From the NCBI GenBank assembly GCA_951406725.2, contig OX597817.1, positions 9,176,001 to 9,240,000 on the forward strand: a DNA stretch of 64,000 nt. Direction: 5' to 3'. The position numbers were made by a program, and so were the translations under genes. The notes under the pieces were generated by a model that saw nothing but the letters and a program-made list of their open reading frames with translations, was not told the origin of the DNA and searched no databases. Origin of the DNA: Octopus vulgaris. Its lineage: Eukaryota. Positions 35,411 through 48,682 of this stretch are shown piece by piece. The first letter of the stretch is position 1. Each line of letters opens with the position of its first letter.

Positions 35411-35639
35411 TCCAATGTTAGTAGTGGTCAGTTCTTTCCAACTTTAAATATGTGCAACAAAGTCAGCCTCAGCTACTCATTAAGTCTACTATGGGGTATG
35501 TATTTGGAATTTTTTGGCACAGCTCTTTCTATGGCTTATGCCACTTTGCTTGTAGAATACTGTGATTTTGCTTTTTCAAAAATGATGTCACCTTGAGATG
35601 TATATAATTCTCTGTTAAGATGCATTACGAATAATAAAT

Positions 35640-35890
35640 AAATCTGCCCTTTTAAAGCTTAGCCAGGCTCATGGGCCTGGTTTCCTGGTTTCTATGGTGT
35701 ATGTGTTCCCCAGCTAGATGAGACGCCAGTCCATCGCAGCGTTACTCATTTTTTCCAGCTGAGTGGACTGGAGCAACATGAAATGAAGTGTTTTGCTCAA
35801 GAACACAACGCGTCGCCCGGTCGAGGAATCGAAACCACACTCTTACAATCATGATGCTGACACCCTGTCCAATAAGCCACGTGCCTCCAC
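35640..35890 (-). mobile_element. tRNA-derived SINE family D
   Basis: Minus-strand head with B-box ggtttcgattcc and central gttgtgttcttgagcaaaacactt...ctgcgatggactggcgtc; 12-bp duplication taagatgcatta at 35616 and 35891. Confidence 0.8.
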
Positions 35891-36790
35891 TAAGATGCAT
35901 TATATGATTCATAACTATATTTTCAAAGTAGAGATTATTTAAGTGACTCCTTAGTGTATCATTTAGAGTGTGTTGTATTTTCTTGAGCTCCTGTCATTTC
36001 AGTTGCCATCTGTCGGTTTTTCCATACAGTAAGACTTTTTTTTAGAATTTTAGAGTCATGCTTTTGTTTGAATGTAGTTTATTGTTTTTAGTTGAAAATT
36101 TTATAATACTCTCTTCTGTGCAACATTCAGCTGATGTTTTAAGATTTTGTACAGAACCTGAATGGAATTTGGCTTACTGTTAAGATATTGGGAATCTCTC
36201 TAAGTTATGACGCAGTTGAATCACCAAGTTATTTTGTATCCTTCAGGAAAATAATACATGAATCTAGCACTTGATGGTCCATGTTTACACATTGTTTTGA
36301 ATTCAAGTTTTGAAATATTTATGGAAGCTTATTTGTTGGCTTATAAAAATAGATCTTATGTAATGTAATAGGGATGTAGAGTGTATATTAAACAATATCA
36401 TGTAGGTTGGTGTATCCTGGTACCTTTTCTGTTAATATCATTGTCAAGCTGAAAGCAAGGCAAAACCCAAAGCTTTCTTATGTTCTTGACTAGAAGGCAA
36501 TAAAATTGTCCTTTTTGTTTTGAGAGAAAGTTGTTTGTAGGTCAAGTTTATGGATTTGGATAAGTCTGTATGCTATGCAGAGAAATAATTACTAACATTT
36601 CAAACATAGCCCTTCATTGAAGAGAACATATTTTTTTGTGCCTAGGAGAGCACTTAGCTGGTTTTTATTTTGTGTGGATGAATTTTATTTTTTGAGAGTA
36701 TGTTATTCTGAAAGTAGTTTTCTCCGTGATTTTACTCTAATGCAACTTTCTATGTGACTCAGCATATATTTTGTAATATAAGTCTAGTCA

Positions 36791-37022
36791 AAGGCGGCGA
36801 GCTGGCAGAGTCGTTAGCACGCCGGGCGAAATGCGTAGCCGTATTTCGTCCGCCGTTACGTTCTGAGTTCAAATTCCGCTGAGGTCGACTTTGCCTTTCA
36901 TCCTTTCGGGGTCGATAAATAAAGTACCAGTTACGCACTGGGGTCGATGTAATCGACTTAATCCCTTTGTCTGTCCTTATTTGTCCCCTCTATGTTTAGC
37001 CCTTTATGGGCAGTAAAGAAAT
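36791..37022 (+). mobile_element. SINE family B, full length
   Basis: Head ggcggcgagctggcaga and B-box gagttcaaattcc; flanking duplication atatattttgtaatat. Confidence 0.88.
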
Positions 37023-37088
37023 ATATATTTTGTAATATTCAATGGTAATTCATCAACATACTGAAATTTGAAATGTATTTAATTGCAG

Positions 37089-37235
37089 AGCATGATAGCA
37101 GTAGCAGTTCCTACAAATTCCTGCCATTATTTGAACTGACGTTGGGTACGTTTGAAATGAGATGTTGCCTCACGCCGTCTGCAAATGCTTTCACGGGAAC
37201 ACTAACTAGTATTCAAGCTGTCATGTATGTTAACA
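37089..37235 (+). CDS. VPS13B: VPS13B exon 10 (absent from the ORF track)
   Basis: ttgcag|AG...AAC A|gtaagt; phase 1 to 1; EHDSSSSSYKFLPLFELTLGTFEMRCCLTPSANAFTGTLTSIQAVMYVN is stop-free. Confidence 0.85.
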
Positions 37236-37399
37236 GTAAGTAATTGTAATTAAACTTTTGAGTGGTGCAATCATTGAGCAATTAGAGTGCGTTAATGAAA
37301 TACCAATGGTCAGCAGTTCAAGCCTTGAATTAATGCTAAAGTATATAAATAAAAAGAAACAGATTATAACTTTATGTATTAGAGTGACCCGCTGTTCTT

Positions 37400-37797
37400 G
37401 AGGAGACCTTTTGAGTCAAGTACATCAACATCAAAATAAAATTCAAATGGAAATTGTTGTTAAGACACCCATGCCAGTGACACGTAAAAAGCACCGTCCG
37501 AACGTGGCAGATGCCAGCGCCACCTGACTGGTGTCCGTGTCGGTGACATGTAAAAGCACCAACCTATCGTGGCCGTATGCCAGCCTGCTCTGGCCCCTGT
37601 GCCGGTGGCACGTAAAAAACACCCACTACACTCGCGGAGTGGTTGGCGTTAGGAAGGGCATCCAGCTGTAGAAACACTGCCAGATCAGACTGGAGCCTGG
37701 TGCAGCCTCCATGGCTTACCAGACCCTGGTTGAACCGTCCAACCCATGCTAGCATGGAAAACGGACGTTAAATGATGATGATAATGATGATGATGAT
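37400..37797 (+). mobile_element. RTE 3' UTR copy
   Basis: Family core and (gat)n tail. Confidence 0.85.
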
Positions 37798-38448
37798 CCT
37801 TAGAGAAGAAATGTTGTTTGATATTTTCATTTGCACTATGTTTCAATCCGTTTGATTTTTGTTCACCATTAGTTATCTCATGTGTTCAAATTTGCTGACT
37901 GGATTGGGATTAGGAAACTGAGAGTGAAAGCATTCTTATCCACCAGTCTGATATTCTGTGCACATTCAAGAATGAAACACGGATGACATTTAGAAATCAG
38001 ACCAATGGAAACAGTGTAGATATAAATGTTAGAAAAAGATTCATCTCTTGAGATGGAGTTACTAGTTTAAAATATTATAATCTTATTAGCAACATTTTTT
38101 TTAGACATTTAGATATATTGCTCATAAACCAACTATCTTTCATCTTCAAACTCAACATCAGTCTCCCTAATTTTACTTAAAGGAGGCCCTAAAAACAAAA
38201 ATCCTGCTCTTTAAAAATTTAATAAATTAATAGAGGAGGGTAGTGTCAATGGTCTTTGTTGGCCATCCCAGACAATTGATATTGAGGTAGTTGATGTTCT
38301 ATTTGAACATATGTATAACAAGGGATGGGAGTGTATTCAGGAGGGTTGCAGTCTTGAGGACTGAAACGCTGTAAAGGTGACAAAAGAAAACTAGTGCCAC
38401 CTGTCTTAGGAATGTCCCTTGCTCTTTAGTAGCATCCCATCTAGAAGA

Positions 38449-38614
38449 AGGCGCAGGAGTGGCTGTGTGGTAAGTAGCTTGCTAACCAACCACATGGTTC
38501 CGGGTTCAGTCCCACTGCGTGGCATCTTGGGCAAGTCTCTTCTGCTATAGCCCCGGGCCGACCAATGCCTTGTGAGTGGATTTGGTAGATGGAAACTGAA
38601 AGAAGCCTGTCGTA

Positions 38615-38667
<53 letters not shown>

Positions 38668-38872
38668 TTGTGTTTGTCCCCCTAGCATTGCTTGACAACC
38701 GATGCTGGTGTGTTTACATCCCCGTCACTTAGCGGTTCGGCAAAAGAGACCGATAGAATAAGTACTGGGCTTACAAAGAATAAGTCCCGGGGTCAATTTG
38801 CTTGACTAAAGGCGGTGCTCCAGCATGGCCACAGTCAAATGACTGAAACAAGTAAAAGAGTAAAAGAGAGAG
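38449..38872 (+). mobile_element. SINE family A, full length
   Basis: Matches the copy at 12162-12548. Confidence 0.85.
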
Positions 38873-39109
38873 TAACTAAATACAATGTAACTGTAATAAA
38901 ACTCTAGCACCTACAGGACTTTCAGCTTTTTAGCTGTAGGTTTTTTTGCAATGCTCAGTGCACTGGGCAGCAAGCGCCAATTAACCTAAATACTAAGATC
39001 CATTTGGCTGCTACTCTTGCACATCCTTTCCACATAATGCCAACTGTCTTTGGGTCATTTTGAAATGTTTATGTTCAAGTGACCTTCGGCCTTGCCCTTT
39101 TACACTTGA

Positions 39110-39440
39110 TCAGCTTCGTCTGGTCCCCATGCTGGTGGCACGTAAAAAGCACCATCCGATCGTGGCCGTCTGCCAGCCCTGTCTGGCACCTGTGCTGATG
39201 GCACGTGAAAATCACCAATCCGATCGTGGCCAATGCCAGACTCCCCTGGCACCTGTGCCGGTGGCACGTAAAAAGCACCCACTACACTCACGGAGCGGTT
39301 GGCGTTAGGAAGGGCCTCCAGCTGTAGAAACACTGCCAGATCAGACTGGAGCCTGGTGCAGCCTTCTGGCTTCCCAGACCCCAGTTGAACCGTCCAACCC
39401 ATGCCAGCGTCGAAAGCGGACGTTAAATGATGATGATGAT
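39110..39440 (+). mobile_element. RTE 3' UTR copy
   Basis: Three units and tail. Confidence 0.85.
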
Positions 39441-40028
39441 AATAATTGAATGGTAACCTAGTCATGGCTGTTTTCAAGTGCAGTTGATCAGCTAGATGGA
39501 GAATGTGGCCAACCGGGTGGAATTGGTGCTCTGCTACAATCTCTTGCAATAGTCATGATTTGCCCTTCTCAGAATCTCCTCAATTCTGACATGGTCCTAC
39601 TGGTTAATGCTCAGCATCTTTCTGAGATATCTTTGTCAGAGTACATTAGTGTGGTGAGCTGGTAGGAACATTAGCATGCTGGGCAATATGCTTAGCGGTA
39701 TTTTTCTGTCATTACGTTCTGATTTCAAATTCCGCCGAAGTCGACTTTGCCTTTCATCCTTTTGGGGTCGATAAATTAAGTACCAGTTGTGTACCGGGGT
39801 CGATCTAATCATCTGGCCCCATCCCCCTAGATATTTCAGGCCTTGTGCCTAGAGTAGAAAAGAATACATCAGGGCCTTTTGTAAATATTTTGTTTGTGAC
39901 CATATACAGGAAACTGAATTTAATATAGTTTAGCTCACCTAAATAATAAGCTAGGTAACAGATTTTGTTTTATTTTTTATCCGTTATTAAACTTGTATCC
40001 CTTCCAAGATTAGGTGTTTTATCATTAA

Positions 40029-40400
40029 CTAGCAGTATCGCCCGGCGTTGCTTGGGTTTGTAAGGGAAATAACTATATAAGCATTTTTAGAGATGTAAAA
40101 TATAATAGCCATCTCAATATGGCTAACCACAAAGAGTTCTGAGATTTAATAATAAATTTTTAGAGAGTTACTTCCTTATATATGCCAAAAATGCATTAAA
40201 AATGGGAAAAATTGATGGTAAATTTTTTTTTAAATCGTAGACTCATCGTAGACGCGCGCTAATATCCAGAAGGGCTCGATATGAATCACGACTATAAGAT
40301 ACCCGGTTTTGGTTAAACTGCACCGCAAAATGTGGGAGTAGTTAGGAATCTAAATCGTAGGAGACAGACAGACACACAACCTCATTTTTAAATATAAAGA
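40029..40400 (-). mobile_element. Short non-autonomous Helitron
   Basis: Minus strand A|TC...cccaagcaacgccgggcgatactgCTAG|T; body shared with 3155-3370. Confidence 0.8.
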
Positions 40401-40512
40401 TTTCTTTAATGCTCCAGTACTTAGAACTAAGTTTCAGGTTTATTTTGCCTGTCCTGTAGTTGTTGTTTTGTGGAAACATTAAAATGTATTGTTTTTTGTT
40501 TTGTTTATACAG

Positions 40513-40692
40513 GTGGAGGTGGTGGTGGCAAAGGATACATCATCCCTTTAATTTCCGGACCATCACAAACAACAACTGTGACATCATCGTTGTTCTATTC
40601 CGGCAATGCTCCTCCGACTTTGGCATCATTAGACTCTGTCGACTGGCTCAGTTTCACTGTTCAACTACCATCAAAGATTGATACACCAGAAG
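40513..40692 (+). CDS. VPS13B: VPS13B exon 11
   Basis: atacag|GT...GAA G|gtacca; phase 1 to 1; PLISGP..T and WLSFTVQLP. Confidence 0.85.
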
Positions 40693-40936
40693 GTACCATA
40701 TGATTTTTTTTGTGTGTATAACAATAGCCTTGAGTCTTCCTTGTTGCTGTTTAGTACCATGTCTGCTCTGATCAAGCAAACGTATGATGAAGACATTCCA
40801 GATGTGACAGTCCCATATATTATACTCACATAGTGCATGTAGGATTACATTTACAAAGTGCTTTTTTGTATTAAAATAAAAAGGTGTGATTTGTGGGAGA
40901 TTTAGTTGCTATTTCTAACATGTTGAATAACTTTGT

Positions 40937-41343
40937 AGGCACAGGAGTGGCTGTGTGGTAAGTAGCTTGCTTACCAACCACATGGTTCTGGGTTCAGTCC
41001 CACTGCATGGCACCTTCAGCAAGTGTCTTCTACTATAGCTTCGGGCCGACTAAAGCCTTGTAAATGGATTTGGTAGATGGAAACTGAAAGAAGCCCGTCG
41101 TATATATGTACATATATATATGTGTGTGTATATGTTTGTGTGTCTGTGTTTGTTACCCCAACATTGCTTGACAACTGATGCTGGTGTTTTTACGTCCTCG
41201 TAACTTAGTGGTTCGGCAAAAGAGACCAATAGAATAAGTACTAGGCTCACAAAGAATAAGTCCTGGGGTCGATTTGCTTGACTAAAGGCATTGCTCCAGC
41301 ATGGCCACATTCAAATGACTGAAACAAGTAAAAGAGTAAAGAG
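40937..41343 (+). mobile_element. SINE family A
   Basis: Matches the family consensus. Confidence 0.85.
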
Positions 41344-41507
41344 TGTTTTCTTTGCTGGTTTAAATATTATGACATTATGGCTGTGAGTATGTAACTATAC
41401 ATGGGTCAGATATCTCAACTTAAAGAAAAAAAAAACTGCCTGCTGGACCCTTCAAACATGTAAACAAATATGCATGCATTTATGTAACTTTAAGAATACT
41501 TCCTTAA

Positions 41508-42578
41508 CCCTTTCGTTACCAAACCGCCCGAAAAAAATTTTGGTTAATGTGACCAAACTGCCCAAAGCCACCCGAATTTACCTATTCATATTTAAATGAG
41601 AATATCAGAGCAAATCTCTTTAGTACATTTGTGAAAATACGTATTATACTTCGTAAAGAGTTCAACTACAGTTTTGTACAAAAATCGAAGTGTAATTTTA
41701 ATTCCATGAATTTTGGGAGATTTTTTTCCGAAATTTGTTCCTATTGTGTTTTCAAAATTTGTAATTCTGACAAAAAATGGATACGAATTTCATTATATCA
41801 AGCAGCGAGTCAGAATTCGAAGGATTTTCTACTGAAGACCTTCATAAATCTAACTCTATGACTGAAAAAAAAAAGCATGTGGTATTTGATAATGAATCTG
41901 ATGTTTCATTTTCCGAAAGTGAAAACAGTGAATCCGAGAGCTCCGACAGCAATAAAGAAAATGAATTGGCACCTGAATGGAGTGAAAATTTAAAAACTGT
42001 TTCTTTCGGTGATTTTTCTGAAGAAACTGGACCAAGCCACAGACTTTCCCAGAAGAGTAAAGCCTTAGACTATTTCTTTTTACTTTTTCGAATGAGCCTA
42101 TTTGAAATCATTATGGCGGAAACGAACCGTTATGCTAAATGTAAACAAAGCGAAAGAAAGGATAGTTAGTGGTTTCCCATAACCTTAAATGAAATTAAGA
42201 CTATTTTGCCATAAATATTATTATGGGTATCAGAAAGTTACCCAGAATAACAAATTCTATCATAAAATTTTGTTGTATACCCAATTGAATATTAGCTAAT
42301 AACCCATTTTCTATAGCGATGTTTGAACAAAATTTTAATAATTTTATATTTTGTTGAATTTACCTGTATCTACCTGCAATTAGAGTCACTTTGTGGCAAA
42401 AATTATAGTATAGAATTGGTTGAGAACATTTCATTAAATTATCTTCCAAAATTCACGTTAATATATTGATAAATAAAAAAGTTATAGTTGTTTAATGAAC
42501 CCAGACTAAATTTATGATTATGTTAGAAATTAATTGAAACACATAAATATTTTGGTCAGAAATATAGTAACGAAAGGG
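41508..42578 (+). mobile_element. Internally deleted piggyBac transposon with N-terminal transposase remnant (41777-42250)
   Basis: TTAA-CCCTTTCGTTAC...GTAACGAAAGGG-TTAA; acidic N-terminus then LDYFFLLF...IIMAETNRYA, a stop, then WFPITLNEIK...IIMGI. Confidence 0.9.
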
Positions 42579-42652
42579 TTAAGTTTAAAAACTGATGTTT
42601 TGTGGTAGATGGAACTTAATCTTTGAAAAATGTTTTTTTTTCTTCTTTTCAG

Positions 42653-42856
42653 CTCCTGCATTACTTCAGATGAATGTCTGTGGTTTGGCCATCATGTTAG
42701 ATTCTTCCATATATCAGTGGCTTTCTTATACTCCAAAGAGTAAAGTTAATTTGAAAGTAACTCACCAACAGAGGCAGCATCAAAAGACAACCAGTGTAAC
42801 TATTGATCCTGAACTTGTACAGACTACATCACCTTTACAAAGAAACCTCTCCCAAG
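42653..42856 (+). CDS. VPS13B: VPS13B exon 12
   Basis: tttcag|CT...CAA G|gtaaac; phase 1 to 1; GLAIMLDSSIYQWLSYTP. Confidence 0.88.
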
Positions 42857-42977
42857 GTAAACAGAAGTTGTGTGTGTTGAATATTGTGCAAACATTAAAT
42901 GGGTGGTCTCCTTCCAATCAACCGAGTTGACTGCACAGGTTCAGTTCTCAATTGTACCATCTCATTTTATTCACTCT

Positions 42978-43145
42978 TCAGGAGTGGCTGTGTGGTAAGT
43001 AGCTTGCTAACCAACCACATGGTTCCAGGTTCAGTCCCACTGCGTGGCATCTTGGGCAAGTGTCTTCTGCTATAGCCCCGGGCCAACCAATGCCTTGTGA
43101 GTGAATTTGGTAGACAGAAACTGAAAGAAACCTGTCGTATATATG

Positions 43146-43188
<43 letters not shown>

Positions 43189-43398
43189 TTGTGTGTCTGT
43201 GTTTGTCCCCCTAGCATTGCTTGACAACCAATGCTGGTGTGTTTACGTCCCCGTCACTTAGCGGTTCGGCAAAAGAGACCGATAGAATAAGTACTGGGCT
43301 TACAAAGAATAAGTCCCGGGGTCGATTTGCTTGACTAAAGGCGGTGCTCCAGCATGGCCGCAGTCAAATGACTGAAACAAGTAAAAGAGTAAAGAGAG
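42978..43398 (+). mobile_element. SINE family A
   Basis: Matches the family consensus. Confidence 0.85.
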
Positions 43399-44574
43399 TA
43401 TAACATCCGTCTGTTGTCAATAGCTTGAAGAGGGTCAGGCTCTGGCATACAGGTTTGCTGATGGTACCCTATGTAAAGATGAAGCTGTCATTTCTTTAAA
43501 GGCCAGTTCAGGTCCTTCACGACTGGTTTATTGATGTTGGGGATGTTCATCTTGAACAGCTGTGAGTGAGTGACTAGGAAAAATACGAGCAAGAAAAGAA
43601 TTTGAGAAGGTTGATGTTTTGTGGCAGAAGGATTGGAAATGATTGTTAATGATGGGCCAGAGAGGAGAAATACTGTGTGATGAGAGGAGTTCATGGGTGG
43701 TAATTCACTGAAAGTTATGTGCAGATAGCTAGTTCTGTAGTAGGAGACAGATCAACCTTTTGATACCAACCTGCCTGAAACCATCTCTGGCTCTGTAGTA
43801 CAAATGCCTTGTTTTCAAAAGTTCTGAATTAATATCTTCCACCAAACCATAGCCTCAATTAATGAACCTAACACTAACTTAATGATAACTAAGTTATTTC
43901 ACTAAATTCTTTGTTATATTTCAAATTAATTGAAAGAAATGCTGAGCATCTCAATAGAAATATGGTAACAAAAGAGTCTGTGCAGATGTGGGCCAGAGGC
44001 ATGAGTGAGTTCTTGCCAATCAGTCTGATGGCTTTCTTTTGGGAATGCCGCCTAGGATATTTTAGTGTGCACTTACAATACTGCCCTACTAAGGGTTACA
44101 GGATGATTTATTCACTTTTTTTTTGTTTTAAATTCGTTTCTGTTCTACAGTAAACAGAATATTTTTAAAACAATGTAACATTTTTGGAAGAATGAAATTT
44201 TAGATTCAACCATTGTTGCCGTTTGTAATTCAGTCTCAAGATAGAAATTCCCGAGAAGTTTCAAATTATTCGTTAGATTTCTGTGCATTTGCTCAGATTA
44301 ATTTATACTACATAAATAATCTTGCTTTATTCAGTATAACCATTTTTATTAGGATTTCAAAAATTATGTGAAACAAAAACTTTTTTTCTGAATTTTCTAT
44401 GGAAACAATACCAGAGATTTGAGATACAGAAAACAAGTAAAGATTTCATCAATATTATACAACAAAGTGTGTTATATTTAAATTTAGTACTGAGATGGAA
44501 ATATGTGCAAGGTATAGGTGCAGAAGTGTTATTAGAATAGAAAGAAGATTGAAATGTGTATTTGTCTATGAATC

Positions 44575-44943
44575 AAATCAAATCGAAATCGATCCACATC
44601 AATGGAATTTGTAGTTTGTGATACTAGTGCCGGTGGCACTTAAGAGAACCATCCGAACATGGCCATAGCCAGCACCACATCGACTAGCCTCGGTGCTGGT
44701 GGCACGTAACAAACACCATCCGATCGTGGCCGTGCCAGCCCTGCATGGCCTCCGTGCCGGTGGCACGTAAAAAGCACCCACTACACTCACGGAGTGGTTG
44801 GCGTTAGGAAGGGCATCCAGCTGTAGAAACACCACCAGATCTGACTGGCCTGGTACAGCCTTCTGGCTTCCCAGACCCCAGTTAAACTGTCCAACCCATG
44901 CTAGCATGGAAAGTGGATGTTAAACGATGATGATGATGATGAT
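44575..44943 (+). mobile_element. RTE 3' UTR copy
   Basis: Units and (gat)n tail. Confidence 0.85.
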
Positions 44944-44969
44944 CTTCAGAGAGTTATTTGAGTATGGAG

Positions 44970-45110
44970 TCTTGGAAAATGTTTATGACTATGGATTAAA
45001 AATAATGCATTTGACTAAGTTGTCTTGGAAAATACATTTGATGATGAACTCTTAAAAATCAAATTAACAATAAGATCTTGGAAAATGTATTTGATTATGG
45101 GGTCTTTGGT
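44970..45110. repeat. Degenerate ~27-bp minisatellite
   Basis: Recurrent tcttggaaaat...tttga.tatg units. Confidence 0.55.
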
Positions 45111-45291
45111 GAAGAAATTTTATTGGAAATTCACTTGTTTGCTTCTAATTGTTGACTGCATTGAGAAATCAAAAACTTACTAATGGTATGAATATAAAAA
45201 TGTTCTTGGAGGTATAATATTAAAATGAGAGATACCCCATCACTTATGTTGATATTAAATATTGCAATATCTGTATCATTTACTATTTTAG

Positions 45292-45494
45292 CGTCAGTGG
45301 CATCTAGTAGCTCCACATGTCATCCTACAACAGTAACTGGTCCAAGTCAGTCAGCTACCCAAACACAGTCTGCATCTCAACAACCTAAAGAAAGCATCCC
45401 AGAATCAGGAAAATGTGAGGATTTTTCTCAGAGTGACAACCTAGGCAACAGACTGGCCAAACATTTCCCATTATTGCGCATCATGCAGCTTCAG
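45292..45494 (+). CDS. VPS13B: VPS13B exon 13
   Basis: ttttag|CG...CAG|gtagga; phase 1 to 0; Ser/Thr-rich, ends LRIMQLQ. Confidence 0.85.
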
Positions 45495-46197
45495 GTAGGA
45501 GGACAAAACTTTCATTAATATTCGTGTTTTTAATGTTTGGGTGAAGAAGGACAGTAGCCACTACTTTTTTGCAGGGTCCCTAGGAGGCAAAGGGTCGAAG
45601 CATTCAATTGTAAGCATTCAAACTAGGGATCTGATCTGAATGCTTACAACTGAGGTGATTCCATTAAAGACACACCAAGATTTCGAAAGGAGAATGGGGG
45701 CTGGAAGTGGGGGGAAGGAAAGGGATTTAACAGGGGCATATTGTACTTCTCTAATATTCTTAGTATTGTTATTTAAGTGTATTCTGTTGTTAAAATCTGA
45801 AAATATACAACAACAATAAAGGCATATTTATTTGTATACACATTTGTATACACATGTGTGTGTTTGTGTGTCTGTGTTTGTCCCTCCAACATTGCTTGAC
45901 AACCGATGCTGGTGTGTTTATGTCCCTGTCACTTAGCGGTTCGGCCAAAGAGACCGATAGAATAAGTACTGGGCTTACAATGAATAAGTCCCAGGGTTGA
46001 GTTGCTCGATTAAAGGTGGTGCTCCAGCATGGCCGCAGTCAAATGACTGAAACAAGTAAAAGAGTAAAAGAGTAGGCATCTTTTATCAGATGTTTAAATA
46101 ATTTTGATGGAATCTTTGAAAAAGTTTTCTGTTATAATTATTTTTATATAATTTAAAATAATTATTAAAAAGTAACTATTATTTAAAATCTTAACAG

Positions 46198-46420
46198 ATC
46201 ACCCTACAGCCATGGTCTGTATTCTTCCCAACCAAAAGCATGCTTCAGTCTGAACCAAACATGGATATACCAGGCAATCTTAAAGATGCTTTTAATGCTG
46301 GATTATCTTGTGATATATTGGTTGTATGTCTTCCACACATCACTGTACATACTTCTGGACCACGTTCAATATTTATGATGCAAGATATTCCTGTCCGTAG
46401 TCTTGAAGGTTCACTTCTTG
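46198..46420 (+). CDS. VPS13B: VPS13B exon 14
   Basis: taacag|ATC...CTT G|gtatgt; phase 0 to 1; DIPG...LVVCLPHITV.TSG. Confidence 0.87.
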
Positions 46421-46635
46421 GTATGTATTGAAATACTTTCTTTGTCATCTATTTGTAAAACTGTCCTTCCCTACTCACATTTTTCATTGATTACCTTCTT
46501 TGTGTGATCAGTTATCTTTCCCTTTCCCATAAATGACATTTTATTGACTCTTATGTTTCTCTGATCACCTCCACCCTTTCTTTCTCTCTCTCACTCTCTT
46601 TTATGTATCTTCTTGTACCTTTAGGTACACTCTAA

Positions 46636-47135
46636 CATCATCATCATCATCGTTTAGCGTCCGCTTTCCATGCTGGCATGGGTTGGACGGTGCAACTGGG
46701 GTCTGGGAAGCCAGAAGTCTGCACCAAGCCCGGTCTGATATGGCAATGTTTCTACAGCTGGATGCCCTTCCTAATGCCAACCACTCCATGAGTGTAGCGG
46801 GTGCTTTTTATGTGCCACCGGCACAGGTGCCAGACGAGGCTGGCAAACAGCTACGAGCAGATGGTGCTTTTTATGTGCCACCGGCACGGAGGCCAGGCGA
46901 GGCTGGCAACGGCGACGATCGGATGGTTCTCTTATGTGCCACCGGCACTGGTATCACAGCTACAATTTCCATTGATGTTGATCGATTTTGATTTTTGATT
47001 TTGATTTTCACTTGCCTCAACAGGTCTTCACAAGTAGAGTTTTGTGTCCCAAGAAGGAAAGGTATGCATAAGTAGACTGAGGCCATGGGTTATGGTCTCA
47101 CTTGTCCTTCCGGGTCTTCTCTTACTTGTCCTGCC
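46636..47135 (-). mobile_element. RTE 3' UTR copy reaching the ORF2 stop region
   Basis: (cat)n tail; upstream part matches 10485-10620. Confidence 0.85.
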
Positions 47136-47706
47136 GGGTCATCATTATCATCATCATCATCATCTCTTTTTCCAGTTTAAACTCAATTACTCCAACCTGC
47201 TCTTATATAGTGTGAGGTATTTGCTCTACTCCAAGAAACCTGCTCCTGTCCTGTCATATTTTAACCTTTCAACACCTAGCATAAAGCTGCTTCCTTCCCT
47301 ACCATTCTTCCACTCAGCTGAGGAGGAACGTTAGCTTGTCAAGTGACTTGATGTGTAGAGGAGGTGTGTCGGTGACTGCCAAAGTGCAAAAGTTTTTTGA
47401 CAATGTATAATATAATAAATTACAACATGATTTAGTTTAAGTATGATAAAATTAGAAATATCTACATTAATAATTGGCTTTGTTCTTTGTCAGTAAATTC
47501 TGTCTGCTACTTTAGGATTAACTGAATCGTTTCAGTTAATAATTAATACAATGGATTAGCATCATCATCTGGTCAAACTGGCCAGATCCAATCTCTCACA
47601 CCTACCCTACAAAGTCATTTTAAAAATAATCACATCATTGAAATCTTGAAGCTATAAGAGATAATCTATGATTAATTCAAAACAATGTGAATAAATAAGC
47701 ATTATA

Positions 47707-48030
47707 TCATCATCATCATCATCATCATCGTTTAACGTCCGTTTTCCGTGCTAGCACGGGTTGGACGGTTTGATCAGGGTCTGGGAAGCCAGGAGGCTGC
47801 ACCAGGCTCCAGTCTGATCTGACAGTGTTTCTACAGCTGGATGCCCTTCCTAACGCCAACCACTCCGTGAGTGTAGTGGGTGCTTTTTACGTGCCACCGG
47901 AGGCTGGCATTGGCCATGATTGGTTGGTGCTTTTTATGTGCCACCGGCACAGGAGCCAGTCAAGGCGGCGCTGGCATCAGCCATGTTTGGATGGTGCTTT
48001 TTACATGCCACCGGCACAGGTATCCCAACT
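47707..48030 (-). mobile_element. RTE 3' UTR copy
   Basis: (cat)n tail and units. Confidence 0.85.
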
Positions 48031-48291
48031 ACATGTTTTTTCAATACCCTCCTATATTTTCTATCTTCTTAACCATTTACACTGTCTCTCTTAATTCTGT
48101 TGTCGTCATTAAAATTTCAGTGTTTCTTCTTGGATTCATCATTTCAAATACTGATATGTTACAATAATCGAATTCAAAGAAGAAAAAAAAACACATCAAT
48201 AGCAATAGTAAAGATTAAAACCATTCAGTTTCACTTGTTGAATATTTGTAATGAAATGTAATTTCTTTACCGTGATTTCTGTTAATTGCAG

Positions 48292-48509
48292 GTGACAAGT
48301 TACCATGGACTATCACAGTTAGCAACTATTCCATGTACAGTTTACACCCAATGAAGAAAGCTTTCTCTTTAGTGAAACCTGGCAGTGTGTCATGTACCGT
48401 GGCTGTGTCAACAAAATACCATCCTCCAGCTTCTGACAACATTTCTTCTCTAGCCTTGTGTCTACATCTTGACATGCACATCATGAAGTTTGCTTGTTCT
48501 CTCAAACAG
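48292..48509 (+). CDS. VPS13B: VPS13B exon 15
   Basis: ttgcag|GT...CAG|gtaagt; phase 1 to 0; GDKLPWTI...CLHLDM...CSLKQ. Confidence 0.9.
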
Positions 48510-48682
48510 GTAAGTCATTTTCCTTGACTCTATAAGAGTTGCTGTTCTATAAATGCAGCACAGTAACATCCCCCAGGTCGTTAACATTCATCATTGTACC
48601 TTTATCCACAAAATAACCACACTTATTTCTGAAATTTCTCACAAACAAAAGCTCTATCTCATTTGCAAAACTGTATTGAAGA

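Noticed and set aside
45604-45652. 17-bp inverted repeat tcaattgtaagcattca / tgaatgcttacaactga
   Set aside because: Short and isolated, with no further support for function
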